Positions 1 through 16,132 of a stretch of DNA of 64,000 nucleotides are shown piece by piece. Under the pieces are notes generated by a model. It saw only the letters and a program-made list of their open reading frames with translations, was not told where the DNA came from and did not search any database. The position numbers were made by a program, and so were the translations under genes. The stretch is from Octopus vulgaris (taxonomy: Eukaryota): NCBI GenBank assembly GCA_951406725.2, contig OX597819.1:85126001-85190000 (forward strand), written 5' to 3'. Positions within the stretch are counted from its first letter, which is position 1, and every line of letters begins with the position of its first letter.

Positions 1-290
1 ATTGGTATGAATATAAATTCATAGCCAGGATATAGAAGCTAGAGGTTTCTAAGCAGTTGTCCATAGATATCCACTTTTTCTTTGATTTTCAAAGAGATAT
101 TTATATCTGTAGGGCAGCTGACTTCTATGATGGTACATACCTTTGCCCCTCAATCCCAAACAACAATATCCGGCCAATTATGCTTACATTTGACAGAAGT
201 TTTGATGGGAATATTCCACCAGTATTCCTTGAGTTGGTGTTTATGAATGTATTCCGTAAGAAAGGAATTTTCTAAGTTAATTTCAGGAAG
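1..290 (-). mobile_element. R4/Dong-like non-LTR retrotransposon fragment (restriction-like endonuclease domain), decayed
   Basis: Minus-strand translation HNWPDIVVWD*GAKVCTIIEVSCPTDINISLKIKEKVDIY matches the PD..(D/E)..K-K-Y pattern of RLE endonucleases; in-frame stops. Confidence 0.75.
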
Positions 291-292
291 TC

Positions 293-312
293 TGTATGTA
301 TGTATGTATGTA

Positions 313-348
<36 letters not shown>

Positions 349-405
349 TGTATGTATGTATGTATGTATGTATGTATGTATGTATGTATGTATGTATGTA
401 TGTAT
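293..405. repeat. (TATG)n microsatellite
   Basis: Direct tandem repeat; explains the HTYI/MYVC ORFs. Confidence 0.97.
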
Positions 406-677
406 GAATGGATGGATGGATGCATGTATGCGTGTAAGCGCGCGCGCGTGTGTGTGTGTGCGAATGAATATGCACTTGAACTTATGAACAAGCGAAAACA
501 AGCACTCTATTCATAAAGTGCAGTTTGTTTATATTTCATACGAAGCTGAAAATTTCTACTGCTACTCTTCAAGTAATGTGCTTCCACTTGCATGAAGTGG
601 CCAAACGTGAAGCATATGAGCTAGGTGTTTCATCTTAGAATAATATTAAATAATATTAATAGCTTCAATATATACAT

Positions 678-726
<49 letters not shown>

Positions 727-806
727 TAATCCAAACATGAAAACACAAAGAGAAAATACAACAACGCGAGGACGTGGAACAAATATAGTATAGTAAAAGA
801 AGGAGG

Positions 807-841
807 GTTTAACGTTTCGAGCGGAGCTCTTCGTCAGAAAC
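807..841 (-). ncRNA. Minimal type-I hammerhead ribozyme-like motif in a Penelope pLTR-like remnant
   Basis: Minus strand: gttt-CTGACGA-a-gagc(tcc)gctc-GAAAC-GTT-aaac; stem I gttt/aaac, stem II gagc/gctc, palindromic AACGTT in place of stem III. Confidence 0.65.
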
Positions 842-1000
842 ATGGGAAAAGGAAAGATCCAATGAAGAGAAGACGGAGGAAAAAAATCGCCAACGGTACA
901 CACGCGGTCACATTTTGAATGTGTAGGTGTAAACACACCAGCATCGGTTGTCAAGCGATGTTGTGGGGATAAACACAGACACAAATACATATATACGTGT

Positions 1001-1812
<812 letters not shown>

Positions 1813-1818
1813 CATACT

Positions 1819-1902
<84 letters not shown>

Positions 1903-1903
<1 letters not shown>

Positions 1904-2309
1904 TCTCTCTTTACTCTTTTTACTCTTTTACTTGTTTCAGTCATTTGACTGCGGCCATGCTGGAGCACCGCCTTTAGTCGAGCAAATCGACCCCGGGACT
2001 TATTCTTTGTAAGCCCAGTACTTATTCTATCAGTCTCTTTTGCCGAACCGCGAAGTGACGGGGACGTAAACACACCAGCATCGGTTGTCAAGCAATGTTA
2101 GGGAGACAAACACATACACACACACCCATATATATATACATATATACGACAGGATTCTTTCAGTTTCCGTCTACCAAATCCACTCACAAGGCATTGGTCG
2201 GCCCGGGGCTATAGCAGGAGACACTTGCCCAAGGTGCCACGCAGTGGGACTGAACCCGGAACCATGTGGTTGGTTAGCAAGCTACTTACCACACAGCCAC
2301 TCCTGCGCC
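1903..2309 (-). mobile_element. tRNA-derived SINE, family A, full length
   Basis: Head ggcgcaggagtggctgtgtggtaag (A box) and ggttcagtccc (B box); (agtaaaag)n tail; near-identical copies elsewhere in the window. Confidence 0.9.
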
Positions 2310-2326
2310 TAATATATATATATATA

Positions 2327-2545
2327 TTCTTTTACTCTTTTACTTGTTTCAGTCATTTGACTGCGGCCATGCTGAAGCAAGGCCTTTAGTCGGGCAAATC
2401 GACCCCAGGACTTATTCTTTGTAAGCCTAGTACTTATTCTATCGGTTTATTTTGCCGAACCGCTAAGTTACGTGGGTTTAAACACACCAGCATCGGTTGT
2501 CAAGCGATGTTGGGGGGATAAACACAGACACACATACATATATAC

Positions 2546-2583
<38 letters not shown>

Positions 2584-2745
2584 GATAGGCTTCTTTGAGT
2601 TTCCGTCTACTAAATCTACTCACAAGGCTTTGGTCCGTCCGAGGCTCTAGTAGAAGACACTTTCCCAGGGTGTCACGCAGTGGGACTGAACCCGGAACCA
2701 TGTGGTTGGTAAGCAAGCTACTTACCACACACCCACTTCTGCCCC
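2327..2745 (-). mobile_element. tRNA-derived SINE, family A
   Basis: Second tandem copy, highly similar to 1903-2309. Confidence 0.9.
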
Positions 2746-3198
2746 ACATATATACTCACAGACTAGAGTGGGCTGAAAAGTTCATAAGCTAATTATGAAG
2801 GAGTGATACTAGAGCTGTGAAATCATGCATGCATTAATTTCAACTTTTCTTATTAATAACTACATTAATTATTATACAGAAATGCACATACACAAATGTT
2901 TGTGTGTAGAAAATGTGTAATGTAAGGTGTAATGAAAAGGAAGCGAAATGTTGACGCAATTTTACGAAAACTGTCAGAAGCAATTTTCTACTTTGAATAT
3001 TCATTCAACTGAGCATGCATCTCATATTGACACAAGCTGAAGAGAGAGTTACCTTCGAAGTTAATGTTCAGTTGTTGCAATGGATGAAAGCCTACTCGAA
3101 TAGGTTGTTCGTATGTGTGTGTGTGTGTGAGAGGGAGAGAGAGGTGTATGTGTGTGCGTATGTCTGTATGTGTATACATGCATAAATATATGTGTATA

Positions 3199-3254
<56 letters not shown>

Positions 3255-3263
<9 letters not shown>

Positions 3264-3470
3264 GGAGTTGAACGCAGATGTTATTAAAAAGAAGTAAAAG
3301 AATTTTAATAACACCTGCGTTCAACTCCATTTATTTACTGCACATTAACCCGGAATTTCTACCTTTGAATAGGTCGCTTCATCCGTGTTACTTCCGTGAA
3401 TTTTCCTACCCTGGTAACTGTTTATTGAATTTTCCATGTTAACGGTAAACAAAGGATAATTCATTCATCC
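3255..3470. mobile_element. Hairpin-headed pLTR-like remnant between (TA)n tracts
   Basis: 35-bp inverted arms at 3255-3289 and 3303-3337; tail resembles 1700-1812. Confidence 0.55.
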
Positions 3471-3504
<34 letters not shown>

Positions 3505-3512
<8 letters not shown>

Positions 3513-3809
3513 ATCACGTGACCGACCAGACCATCAGATGTTGTTACACATCGCTGGTCACAATGCGTTCGCATTGTTTTAGCCTTTGAATGACGCCACC
3601 CCGCTGGCTAAGCGAGCAGGCCAACAGAAGAAAGAGTGAGAGAAAGAGTGGTGAAAGAGTACAGCAGGGATCACCCCCCCCCTGCCGGAGCCTCGTGGAG
3701 CTTTTAGGTGTTTTCGCTTAACAAACACACACAACGCCCGGTCTGGGGATTCGAAACCGCGATCCTCCGACCGCGAGTCCGCTGCCCTAACCATTGGGCC
3801 ATTGCGCCT

Positions 3810-3811
<2 letters not shown>
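3505..3811 (-). mobile_element. tRNA-derived SINE, family D
   Basis: Head ggaggcgcaatggcccaatggttagggcagcggactcgc with B box ggtttcgaatccc; homologous to 61793-62088. Confidence 0.85.
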
Positions 3812-3861
<50 letters not shown>

Positions 3862-4548
3862 GTATGTATGTATATATATATGCATATGTGTATGTGTGAA
3901 TGCGCGTGCGTGTGTATATAATATTAATAATAATCAGAACATTTATGATTTTATCAAACAGTTATTTGCAGCAAAGCAAATGATAAACCATAATTAGATG
4001 TATACCTCGTGAAATAGAAAAGTTCTCCTTGAAAAGGTATAGAATGGTAAGCTTTCTAACGGTGACCTGTTTTAAGACTACATCTCACTCCACATACCAA
4101 ACTTAGCCAAGGTGAACCATAGGTCACTGAAAATACAACTATTTATAGTAACACCCACTCTTGCTAAAAACAATTTATTCATCCAACTTCCAGACTTCTT
4201 CCGCTTAACTTCGAATGGCAGTAAGAAATGACCCTGATGTGCAGTCGGTGTAGTCGAAACGTGCGTAGATTCACGAAAGGATGCTGTAAATAACTTTAAT
4301 ATAATCATAGATGTGGAAAAATCTCCATATTCCTGGTTATTATTAATGCTATTGCTTACTCTACGGAAACTATGCAGTCCTGAGTAGGATACTCAGATTT
4401 ACCTTTCGAGGAAGCTCACTAGAGCCTAGCAGTTTATTGCTAATTCGGGTATCACCAACATTCGCTGTGTTTAGTCGATTTAGGAGGGAAAACGGTAGTC
4501 GCCAGGATTATATTCACACACACGCACACACACACACACACACACACG

Positions 4549-4767
4549 TATTTCTTTATTGCCCACAGGAAGCTAAATATAGAGGGGACAAACAAAGGGA
4601 TTAAGTCGATTACATCGACCCCAGTGCGTAACTAGTACTTATTTAATCGACCCTGAAAGGATGAAAGGAAAAGTCGACTTCGGCGGATTTTGAACTCAGA
4701 ACGTAACGACAGACGAAATACCACTAAGTATTTCGTCCGGCGTAGTAACAAAATATGCCAGCTCGCC
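4549..4767 (-). mobile_element. SINE, family B monomer
   Basis: Contains ggcgagctggca and gagttcaaaatccgccgaagtcgacttttcctttcatcc, shared with many copies in the window. Confidence 0.85.
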
Positions 4768-5346
<579 letters not shown>

Positions 5347-5348
<2 letters not shown>

Positions 5349-5487
5349 CACAGTAGTGGCTGTGTGGTAAGTAGCTTTCTTACTAACCACATGGCTCTGG
5401 GTTCAGTCCCATTGAGTGGCAACTTGGGCAAGAGCCTCGGGCCAACCAAAGTATTGTGAGTGGATTTGGTGACAGAATCCCGTCGTG
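5347..5487 (+). mobile_element. SINE family A, 5' part
   Basis: Same head as 1903-2309. Confidence 0.8.
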
Positions 5488-5639
5488 TATATATATTTAT
5501 ATATATATATATGTATGTATACACACATACATGCACACACACACACATATATATACTAAGATAAGTTTCGGCCGGAATTGGCCTAAGTCATCCGGAAAAG
5601 AAGGTTTATGATGTTTCGTATTTGGTTACCATAGTCCAT

Positions 5640-5790
5640 TTCAGTAAAGAGTCATTCTTTGCAGAAATATATCCGGATGTAGATGATTTCTCTGGAATGT
5701 GTTTGAGATGTTCATCCAAGAACCGTTTGAATGTTATAAGATTTTTTTTCTTCTCTTAAGTGTCTTGATATGATATTAAAGAGAGCAGGG
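5640..5790 (-). mobile_element. CR1/L2-like LINE ORF2 C-terminal fragment
   Basis: Minus translation PALFNIISRHLR..TFKRFLDEHLKHIPEK resembles CR1-group C-termini. Confidence 0.45.
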
Positions 5791-6123
5791 TAAGATGAGG
5801 TGATGTGGCACACATATACATACGCAAATCTATGATAAAAAAGGTGAAATTTCTACTAATTTCTGAACATTTGAGTTAAAAATTGCATCATAAATCTTCT
5901 TAATCTAGATTGCTGAAATATGTTAGTTCTTGACCTGTCAGCTATGATCAAATATAAACTGAAACCTCCTTATACAATACTGGTCGTTTCTACACGACTT
6001 TTGATTTATATATCCAAACATTTGCCATAAAATTGTGGCTAGATGTCTTTTCTGATGAATCTTCACTTTGTTAATGAGTATATGAGATTTATTTAAATAT
6101 ATCATATCAAGAATGATATATGT

Positions 6124-6249
6124 CATTGACCCCGAACGGATGAAAATTAAAGTCGACCTCGGCCGCATTTGAACTCTGAACGTAAGGATGGAAGACATGT
6201 CGTTGAGCCTTTTTTCCAGCGCGGTAACGATTCTGCCAGCTCTCCGCCT
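6124..6249 (-). mobile_element. SINE family B fragment, diverged
   Basis: aagtcgacctcggccgcatttgaactc...ctgccagctctccgcc. Confidence 0.75.
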
Positions 6250-6433
6250 TATAATATGCCGGAACATTAAGAATAAATATGTACGTCATCGTTTTGATTC
6301 TCCAGGTTCTCCGTGCATATGATAATTTGATATCGGTTTGGAAGACGTCAAGATGTATCCGCAAATAATTTGCTTGCTAAATTGTATAAGCAGGAACCAC
6401 CATTTTTGTTTAGTTTCATTGATCCAAGGAAAA

Positions 6434-6480
6434 CTTCGACTGAAGAGACATAACCATGTCAAAACGCCGGTGTCTTCAAG
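6434..6480 (+). ncRNA. Degenerate type-I hammerhead-like motif (G12 changed to A)
   Basis: cttcga-CTGAAGA-gacat(aacc)atgtc-AAAAC-gccggt-GTC-ttcaag; stem II perfect, GAAA reads AAAA. Confidence 0.55.
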
Positions 6481-8283
6481 GTCCCGTTATGTCAATGAAT
6501 CAAGTGTGTTATGGACACACAACGTCTGAAAGGAGAAGTTGTTCCCTGAATACTACATACAACAACGATTTGAATAATTATGTTAAAATCTGCCAGAATA
6601 TATTAAGAATGAATATATACGTCATTGTAATATTTTTAACTCTCTGTAAAGCTGACTCCGTAGCTTTACATAGTCTAGATAGTCAAACTTCAAATTTCCT
6701 ATTCTTGTAATTAACATTCCTTGCCTATTTATAGTTTTTAGTCTTGCATAGTTTCTGTAATTTCAAATGAGCGGCTGGCTATTATTGCCTCTTATTTTAT
6801 GTTTGTTATTTTCCATGATGATGTCGTTATGGTCATGAATATCAATTCATTCTGTTATAGTTGTTTCATTAGTTATTATATACAAGCGAGCACTGATATA
6901 ATTGGTCAAACAGGATTTATTCCAGTCAGAGGTTATTGATATAGGAAAGAAATAGTATTGTCAATATAGAAAATTGCTGAGTCACAAATTGTAATTAGAT
7001 ATTACAACCAAACTTTGCAAGTTATTCTTCTTTGCTAAAGTTTTACAACAGAATATAAGCAGTCTCTTACTTGTAGGAAGAATCAATAGCAACAAAAAGT
7101 ACGGATTGAAATAGAAGCAGAAATTACAATATTTCTTCGTCTATAAAGAATGAACATACTCAAGATGTGTAAGTTAATTTATAAAGCAATTATGTATATG
7201 TAGAAAATATGGTTTATTCGTTTATTGAATTAGGAAAATAAATTTACATTTTGGACTATATAACAATTTATTCAAATTGAGTGAAATCTTAAAATATACT
7301 AACGCTAAAAGAAGGCAAATGTTATACATTAGAAAATATACTTACTCGTCTTTCTATACAATCTTGTTACACTAATCCAATAAAGGAGCTTCTACACGAC
7401 TCTACACTGCCAGAAACACTAACTGAATCTCTTTCAAATTATATCTCGTCTTAATACGGAAAAGACACATTGAATAATGTAGTCCCTGACATGCAAAGGG
7501 ATGGTTGGTCAGAACTTGAACACATTTGACCATACGCCTACTCGTACTGGTGTGTATTAAGAAGTTAGACCTCCAGGGTTGAAGAGATATAGGCAACAGG
7601 AAAGTACATCTCTGTAATAGTGGGACAGCTTATTAATGACTAAACGAGAATTTTGTTTTTAAGAATATTTTCATGAAATCAGTCATATAGCCAAGAAATG
7701 ATATACTTCTTTCTACAAAACTTCAGATTAAGAAGATTAGCTGATGGAATTCTAGGAAAAATCCATTTGACGAAAGTGATTATTACGTAGCGGACGAAGC
7801 ACATGAATTTAAAGCAGCCGCATAGTGAGAGACGGTGCTAAACTATTTCAAGCTCAGGCATTACGTCCAAAATAGGTCGGTAAATTTTTGGGTCGAAATA
7901 CCAAGACAACATCTTTCTAAGAAGTCTCTCTTCAAAGTCTACAAGCAGATGTTTTCGAATTCTGATTTAAAACTCATCAATCACTAAGCTTCAACTTTTC
8001 GAAAAGTGTGAACATTATAACATTCCAATTACCTTACTTTTATTAATAAACTCATATTTATTATATTACTGGTGTGATTATATGTATTTATTAGTCAGCA
8101 ACAGATGGAAACAGTATGTCTATACAATATGTTTTTGGATTGTTAGAGAGGTATACAATTGCTGACGAAGATTAGAAGAATCAAAACGTGTGAACACCTG
8201 TTCTTCTTCTCTCTGTCCACAAACATATATAGACGTATTGTTTACATTCGTCATCTCACACAGTATTAGCTGCAGATATGTTC

Positions 8284-9000
8284 TACAAGGGGTTCGGGTT
8301 AAATCTGACAGTTTGCTTAAAAGAAAAAGAAAATACAATACCCCATCCAAAAATCAAAGTATTTTGAATAATAAAAAATATCAACTAGATTATAGCTGGG
8401 AGATAAAAGTATCCACCCTCAGCTTTAACCATGGCCTCAAAACGGCTTCGGAACCTATCGCATGCGTTTCTCACTGTGTTTCCAGGAAGATCCTCGAACA
8501 TCTCTTTGATCTCGCCATTGGTGTTGCAGCCAGAGATGTTGGTGTCTTTCTCGATTGCACTCCGCACATAATAATCCATGGGATTACAGTCGGAGAATTA
8601 TGAGGCTAGAAATAAGGACTGGTGAAGTAGAAATCTGTGACAACCACTTCTGATTCTTTCCGGAGGTATGGCAAGGAACAGAATCCTGCTGCCACACATA
8701 GCCTTCTAGCAGTAATCATCTTCAGCTAAGTTTTGACCACAGTCTCCGTCAGCTTCACATAGCTATCTGAATTGAGCTTAATGTCTGTTCAAATATGTGG
8801 GGATGAATTCCGACGTCCGGTCTCAGTCAGGGCACCTGCTGTGTCCCTTCCTACTGACCTCGACTTCGTAGTCTTCATTTCAGCTGTTCATATCACGTTA
8901 GTCTGCTTTTACAGCGTTCACAGAGCATTGGACAACAGTCATGATGTCGGCAATTTAATACTCGGTGCGAGTAACTCTTTTCCAATATTCAGATGGCTTC
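8284..9000 (-). mobile_element. Tc1/mariner superfamily (maT/DD37D-like) transposase relic
   Basis: Minus-strand pieces QQDSVPCHTS and MDYYVRSAIEKDTN...ACDRFRSRFEAMVKAEGGYF match the C-terminus of ITm transposases; frameshifted; ends approximate. Confidence 0.75.
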
Positions 9001-9014
9001 CGGTTCTCTATGTC

Positions 9015-9215
9015 AGTTCTCAGGAAGATTCTGCATGATACAGAATATGACAAAGCTGGCCTTTTAAAATACAGCTGCTACTAAGTTTTGGCAGCTGAGA
9101 GAACTGGAGAAATGTGAAATAAAGTGTTTTGCTTAAGGACACAACGCGCTGCTGGGAATTGAACTCGCGACATTACGATCGTGAGCCGAATACCCTAACC
9201 ACTAAGCCACGCGCC
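9015..9215 (-). mobile_element. tRNA-derived SINE, family C
   Basis: Head ggcgcgtggcttagtggttagggtattcggctcacgatcgtaa...gagttcaattccc. Confidence 0.85.
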
Positions 9216-11689
9216 TTCACATGTGAATACTAAGTCTCAAAAAACAAAGCAAATTAAAAAGTAGCAATAAAGAGGTTTACATCTATGAATACTGATATCT
9301 AGAGTATTCCCTTATCTTCGTTGGCTTTAACTTTTGTAACAGTTGGTTTTTAACAAGGCAGTGTAGCCATCTAGGTTTGAGGTAATGTACTGAAATCTAG
9401 TCTGTGTCCTTCTTGGTGACCAGTTACTACGGACTAACAATTTCATGAGCTGAGTGTTTTGACTCTGAATTGTGAAAAAGATGACATACCCTGGCATATT
9501 TTATTTAAAAGATTAATATTTGCTAAGTTCCAACACACGTATTCATGAGAAAAGTAAGAAGCATCAGTCTCTATTATAAATGTGGGATTTTATGTAGTGG
9601 AAAAGTGGCAGTACAAGTATCTCTTCCAGTTCGTTATGATCATGGACAGACATCTCCAGCTCTTAATGTTGTTCGTTGCTAGTATGTTTTGTTTCATTTT
9701 ATCTTTCAAACACCTTTTCACTTGTACTCAAAGCAAGGAATAATCTGCAAGAGTGTTATTCTTATGGTTGTAACTGTGTCGATGTAAGAGACAGCTTTCT
9801 GACATTAAATATGTATTAAAAAGAAAAAATTCTCATAACTGTTGTAAACAGTTTTAAAATGTTGTCAAGCTTTGTTAAGTGCTCATCGGTCGTCATTATC
9901 AACTAATGCAACGCAACAGTGTCTTGACAGATTGATCACATCCACTCTTTATCTGTATAAAAATTATGTGTTTTGATACATGACTATTTCTACTTCAATA
10001 GTTGACGTTACATTTTTCTTCTGACATTTTATGAGGTTGAAATAAAATAAAGCGACTTTTGTGATATGATTTTCTTAGGATATACCTACGAATGCTTAAA
10101 ACGAAGTGTGCATGGTATATATGTTAACACTACAATTTACGCACAGGCAAATTTGACTATTCTCAAAGTTTAATCTATTATTTTTCCAAATGAAATTCTT
10201 GAAAACTGATTGAATTAATACGAAAAAACTAACTAATGCGGAAAATGAAGGTAATTTTGCTTATATCAATACATTATTTTTTATCATTCAAGTTATTTCT
10301 ATTAAGAATTTTTCTCAATGATATTCATTTCATAACATTTTGATTGCTGTTACTTTAATAGCAAAGTGACGGGAAAAGTCCTTTTATGTTAGTAAATATA
10401 TAATGCACTTGCTTTGTGGTTAAAGACTTTCTCAACAGAAATTCCTTTCTACTGTTCAATATTTCAAGTAATTATTTCTTATTATCTGATGTTAATCTAA
10501 AGAGCTTAAACAGAAGGACTAAATGAAAGGAGATGAAATGCCATAAGTATGGAATGATAGCAAACTGAATGACTGAAATCTAATTTGAAGTAACATATAT
10601 TCGATGTTCTTCAAGAAGGTGGGACATTTATTCCATGTATATGCAAAGAAGTTGCAATGATCAAGTAGACTAGATGCCGTTCCAGCGACAAAAGAGCCAG
10701 GAGTTAAGTATCATCCAGTTCTTATCACTATTTCTGTTAAGTCCCTTGAATAATTTCTACCCCGTTTGCATTTCTACAGAACAAGACATAACACACAACT
10801 CGATTGAGAAGTATCGGAAACAGCTAGGCAGTGGTGAGCAGAACATCCGATAGAAATTTTACAAGGGACAACATGACTACTTTCGAGGCCTCGGTTAAGA
10901 GAAACTTCGATAGACTAAATCTTTAGGGTCCAAATGAAACTTAAATTCTTAATAAACTCATTGCAATAAAGATAATTATATTAAATGAAATTTTAAAGTT
11001 TTAGTTTTCCTTCTTTGAAGAAAAATATGGTTTTGATAACATATGAGAAAAGTAAACAGATTCTGGTGAATGATAATTAAATCATAATTGAACATGAAAG
11101 CTTTTCTCAATCTACCCGAATTTTACTACAGGTAAACTTTCGCAAACGTTTTATTTCCTGTGCACAAGAATGACAAGATATATTTTATACAAAACGACGT
11201 CAAACCTAATGACGAAATCAAACTTTTCTGATCTCTGAAGCTATACTTGAATCAATACTCAGTTTTCTTAAATCCACAAAAGACGTCTGAGCCACGTTGG
11301 GCTTTAAAAAGATTTTTCCATATTTGAATTTGATAAAAACAAAAACAAAAGCAAAACAAAACTGAAAACATTCTGTTGCTGATATTGTAGCATTATTTTC
11401 AAACCTACACAAATGCTTAGAAAAACACACACAAGTTTGTAGTCAGTTAAATTCACTAATTCTCGAGATTTCTTTTCTGGTTTATCTGAATCTGCCTTAT
11501 GTTGTGACGGCAAATGCTATATTTATGCTGCAAAATCTTCATTGCTAAGGTCAGTGGGATATTGATGTACTGATCTATTTGGTTTCTATTTAATTCAATT
11601 GCAAATATTGTAAGATATTGTATGAGAAATAAAATTTCTCATCCAGCTGCTCAATATAGATAATTAAAACTTGCAGTTAACAGAGTTTG

Positions 11690-11760
<71 letters not shown>

Positions 11761-11836
11761 CATACATACATACTTACATACATACATGCATACATACATA
11801 CATACATACATACATACATGTATATATATACATATC

Positions 11837-11837
<1 letters not shown>

Positions 11838-11893
<56 letters not shown>
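11838..11893. repeat. (AAT)n microsatellite next to (TA)n and (CATA)n
   Basis: Direct tandem repeat. Confidence 0.95.
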
Positions 11894-11896
<3 letters not shown>

Positions 11897-12642
11897 TAAT
11901 TTATAAACTTTCGAAATAACGTGAAATACACCCCTACACACAATATATACGCGTGCGTGTATTGCTGTATGTCTATATTTGATACGAACATATTTTAATT
12001 TAGGTGTATTCAACTCTATAAAACATGTCTGCTATCTTTTTATATAATGATCCTCGTCTTTATTACACCTTTTTCCCTTTGATCCGTTATTTTAAACAAA
12101 AGTAATCTTTCAAATATATGCTTCAATTTCTTCCATAATACATTTATAAATGAGTGCTTTCCCTTATCTGTCTATCCCTCTCCTTATCACCATCTCCCCA
12201 ACTCCCTCTCCTCTGTCCAGTCCCTTCTCTTTCAGGTCTTCTCTCTCTATTTCGTTTATAACCTTTATTTTTACTATATTTTTACGTTTTATCGTATTGT
12301 TCTGAACTGTTATACTTTCATTCTATCTCTCTCTCTGTCTCTCTCTCCCACACTCTAACAACTATGTCATTTTCTCCCTCCCTTCTTTTTCTTTGTATAT
12401 TTCTCTCTCACTCTGTGTATGTGTATAACACTATTTACTCATTGCTTAAAGCGGCGAATTGGCAAAATCGTGAGCACTCCGGGCAAAATGCTTTGCAGTA
12501 TTTCGTCCGTCTGTACGTTCTGATTTGGGTTCAAATTCTGTCGAGGGTCATTTTATCTTTCAGTTAAAGACTGCATCAAATTTTGAAATTCGAGTGTTGA
12601 AGAAGCTCCGAAAGATCTGAAAGCAAGACTCAGTACTCCAAG

Positions 12643-12724
12643 CAAAGCATTATCAGAAAAAAGCATTATCAGCGAAAAACATTATTAGCGAAAAGTATCA
12701 TTAGCGAAAAGCATTATCAGCAAA
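12643..12724. repeat. 16-bp minisatellite, about 5 units
   Basis: Imperfect tandem copies of aaaagcattatcagcg. Confidence 0.8.
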
Positions 12725-12779
12725 ATAACAAGACTCAAGATCTCATCTTTGGAAACCAAAAAAAGAATTTTTCCGATTC

Positions 12780-15300
<2,521 letters not shown>

Positions 15301-16084
15301 AATTTACCTTACGTTCGTGTCAAGGACCGAAGTACTTACGACATCCAAGGTTCCTTGGCTCTGGGGTACTTTGACCACCCAGGAAGGTGCAGGTTGCAAA
15401 TGCAACAGTAGTACAGAAAGAAGCAGAGATCTATCCAAGAGCCATGATGTACATGCAACCTGGGTCTCTTACAGTGTAAGAAGTAAAAGGCCGAAACACT
15501 TGCATAAGGTGTGTGGGGTTTCTTCACAGGAAGCCTTCTACTGTTTAGCTCTCCTTGGAGTTTCTTACTACTTTATACATTAATATTTCACTAAGGCATA
15601 GCGATACTAATTATCTGATGTTAGAGCTCAATATACATATGCTTAAGAAAAAAAAAGCGTTAGTCAAGTACAGAATGTGATAAAAAGTTATATAAATGAC
15701 TAGGAAACAAAGAATGAACTTCATTTGCTAACAGCTGTTTCTGCTGTGAGATGCAGAATCAACTCAGATATGATTCTTATGTATCACCCTATAGCTTATT
15801 CGAAACTTCAAAAATGAAGTGCAATTTTATTTGGGAAAACATTTATCTCTATCGAAAGTATCACAATCGTGGTCAAATTTTATTTTACTTCATTTCGATG
15901 GTGATCTTTTCCACATGTATAAAAAGCTTTCCTAAATACAATTTGATTTCATTTTTGAAGTTCCGACGAAACTATTGGGTGAGACATAAAGACTCAAGTA
16001 TGAGCATATTGCATCTTATAGATATGCTTAAAACAGCTGTAAGCTAAGGAAGTTTATTACATAACTTCCTTGTCATTTATTTAA

Positions 16085-16132
<48 letters not shown>

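Noticed and set aside
150-516. ORFs rich in HTYI, MYVC, YIYI, CVCV or ERER here and throughout the window
   Set aside because: They are translations of microsatellites, not genes.
4230-4272. CTGATGT...GAAAC-gtgc-GTA hammerhead-like relic
   Set aside because: A9 is lost and stems I and II pair poorly; counted only as a fossil.
5555-5600. Minus-strand ggcc/ggcc hairpin followed by GAAAC
   Set aside because: Core and stem I do not fit a hammerhead.
12643-12724. Regularly spaced 16-bp repeats as a CRISPR array
   Set aside because: No unique spacers, no cas genes, eukaryotic context.
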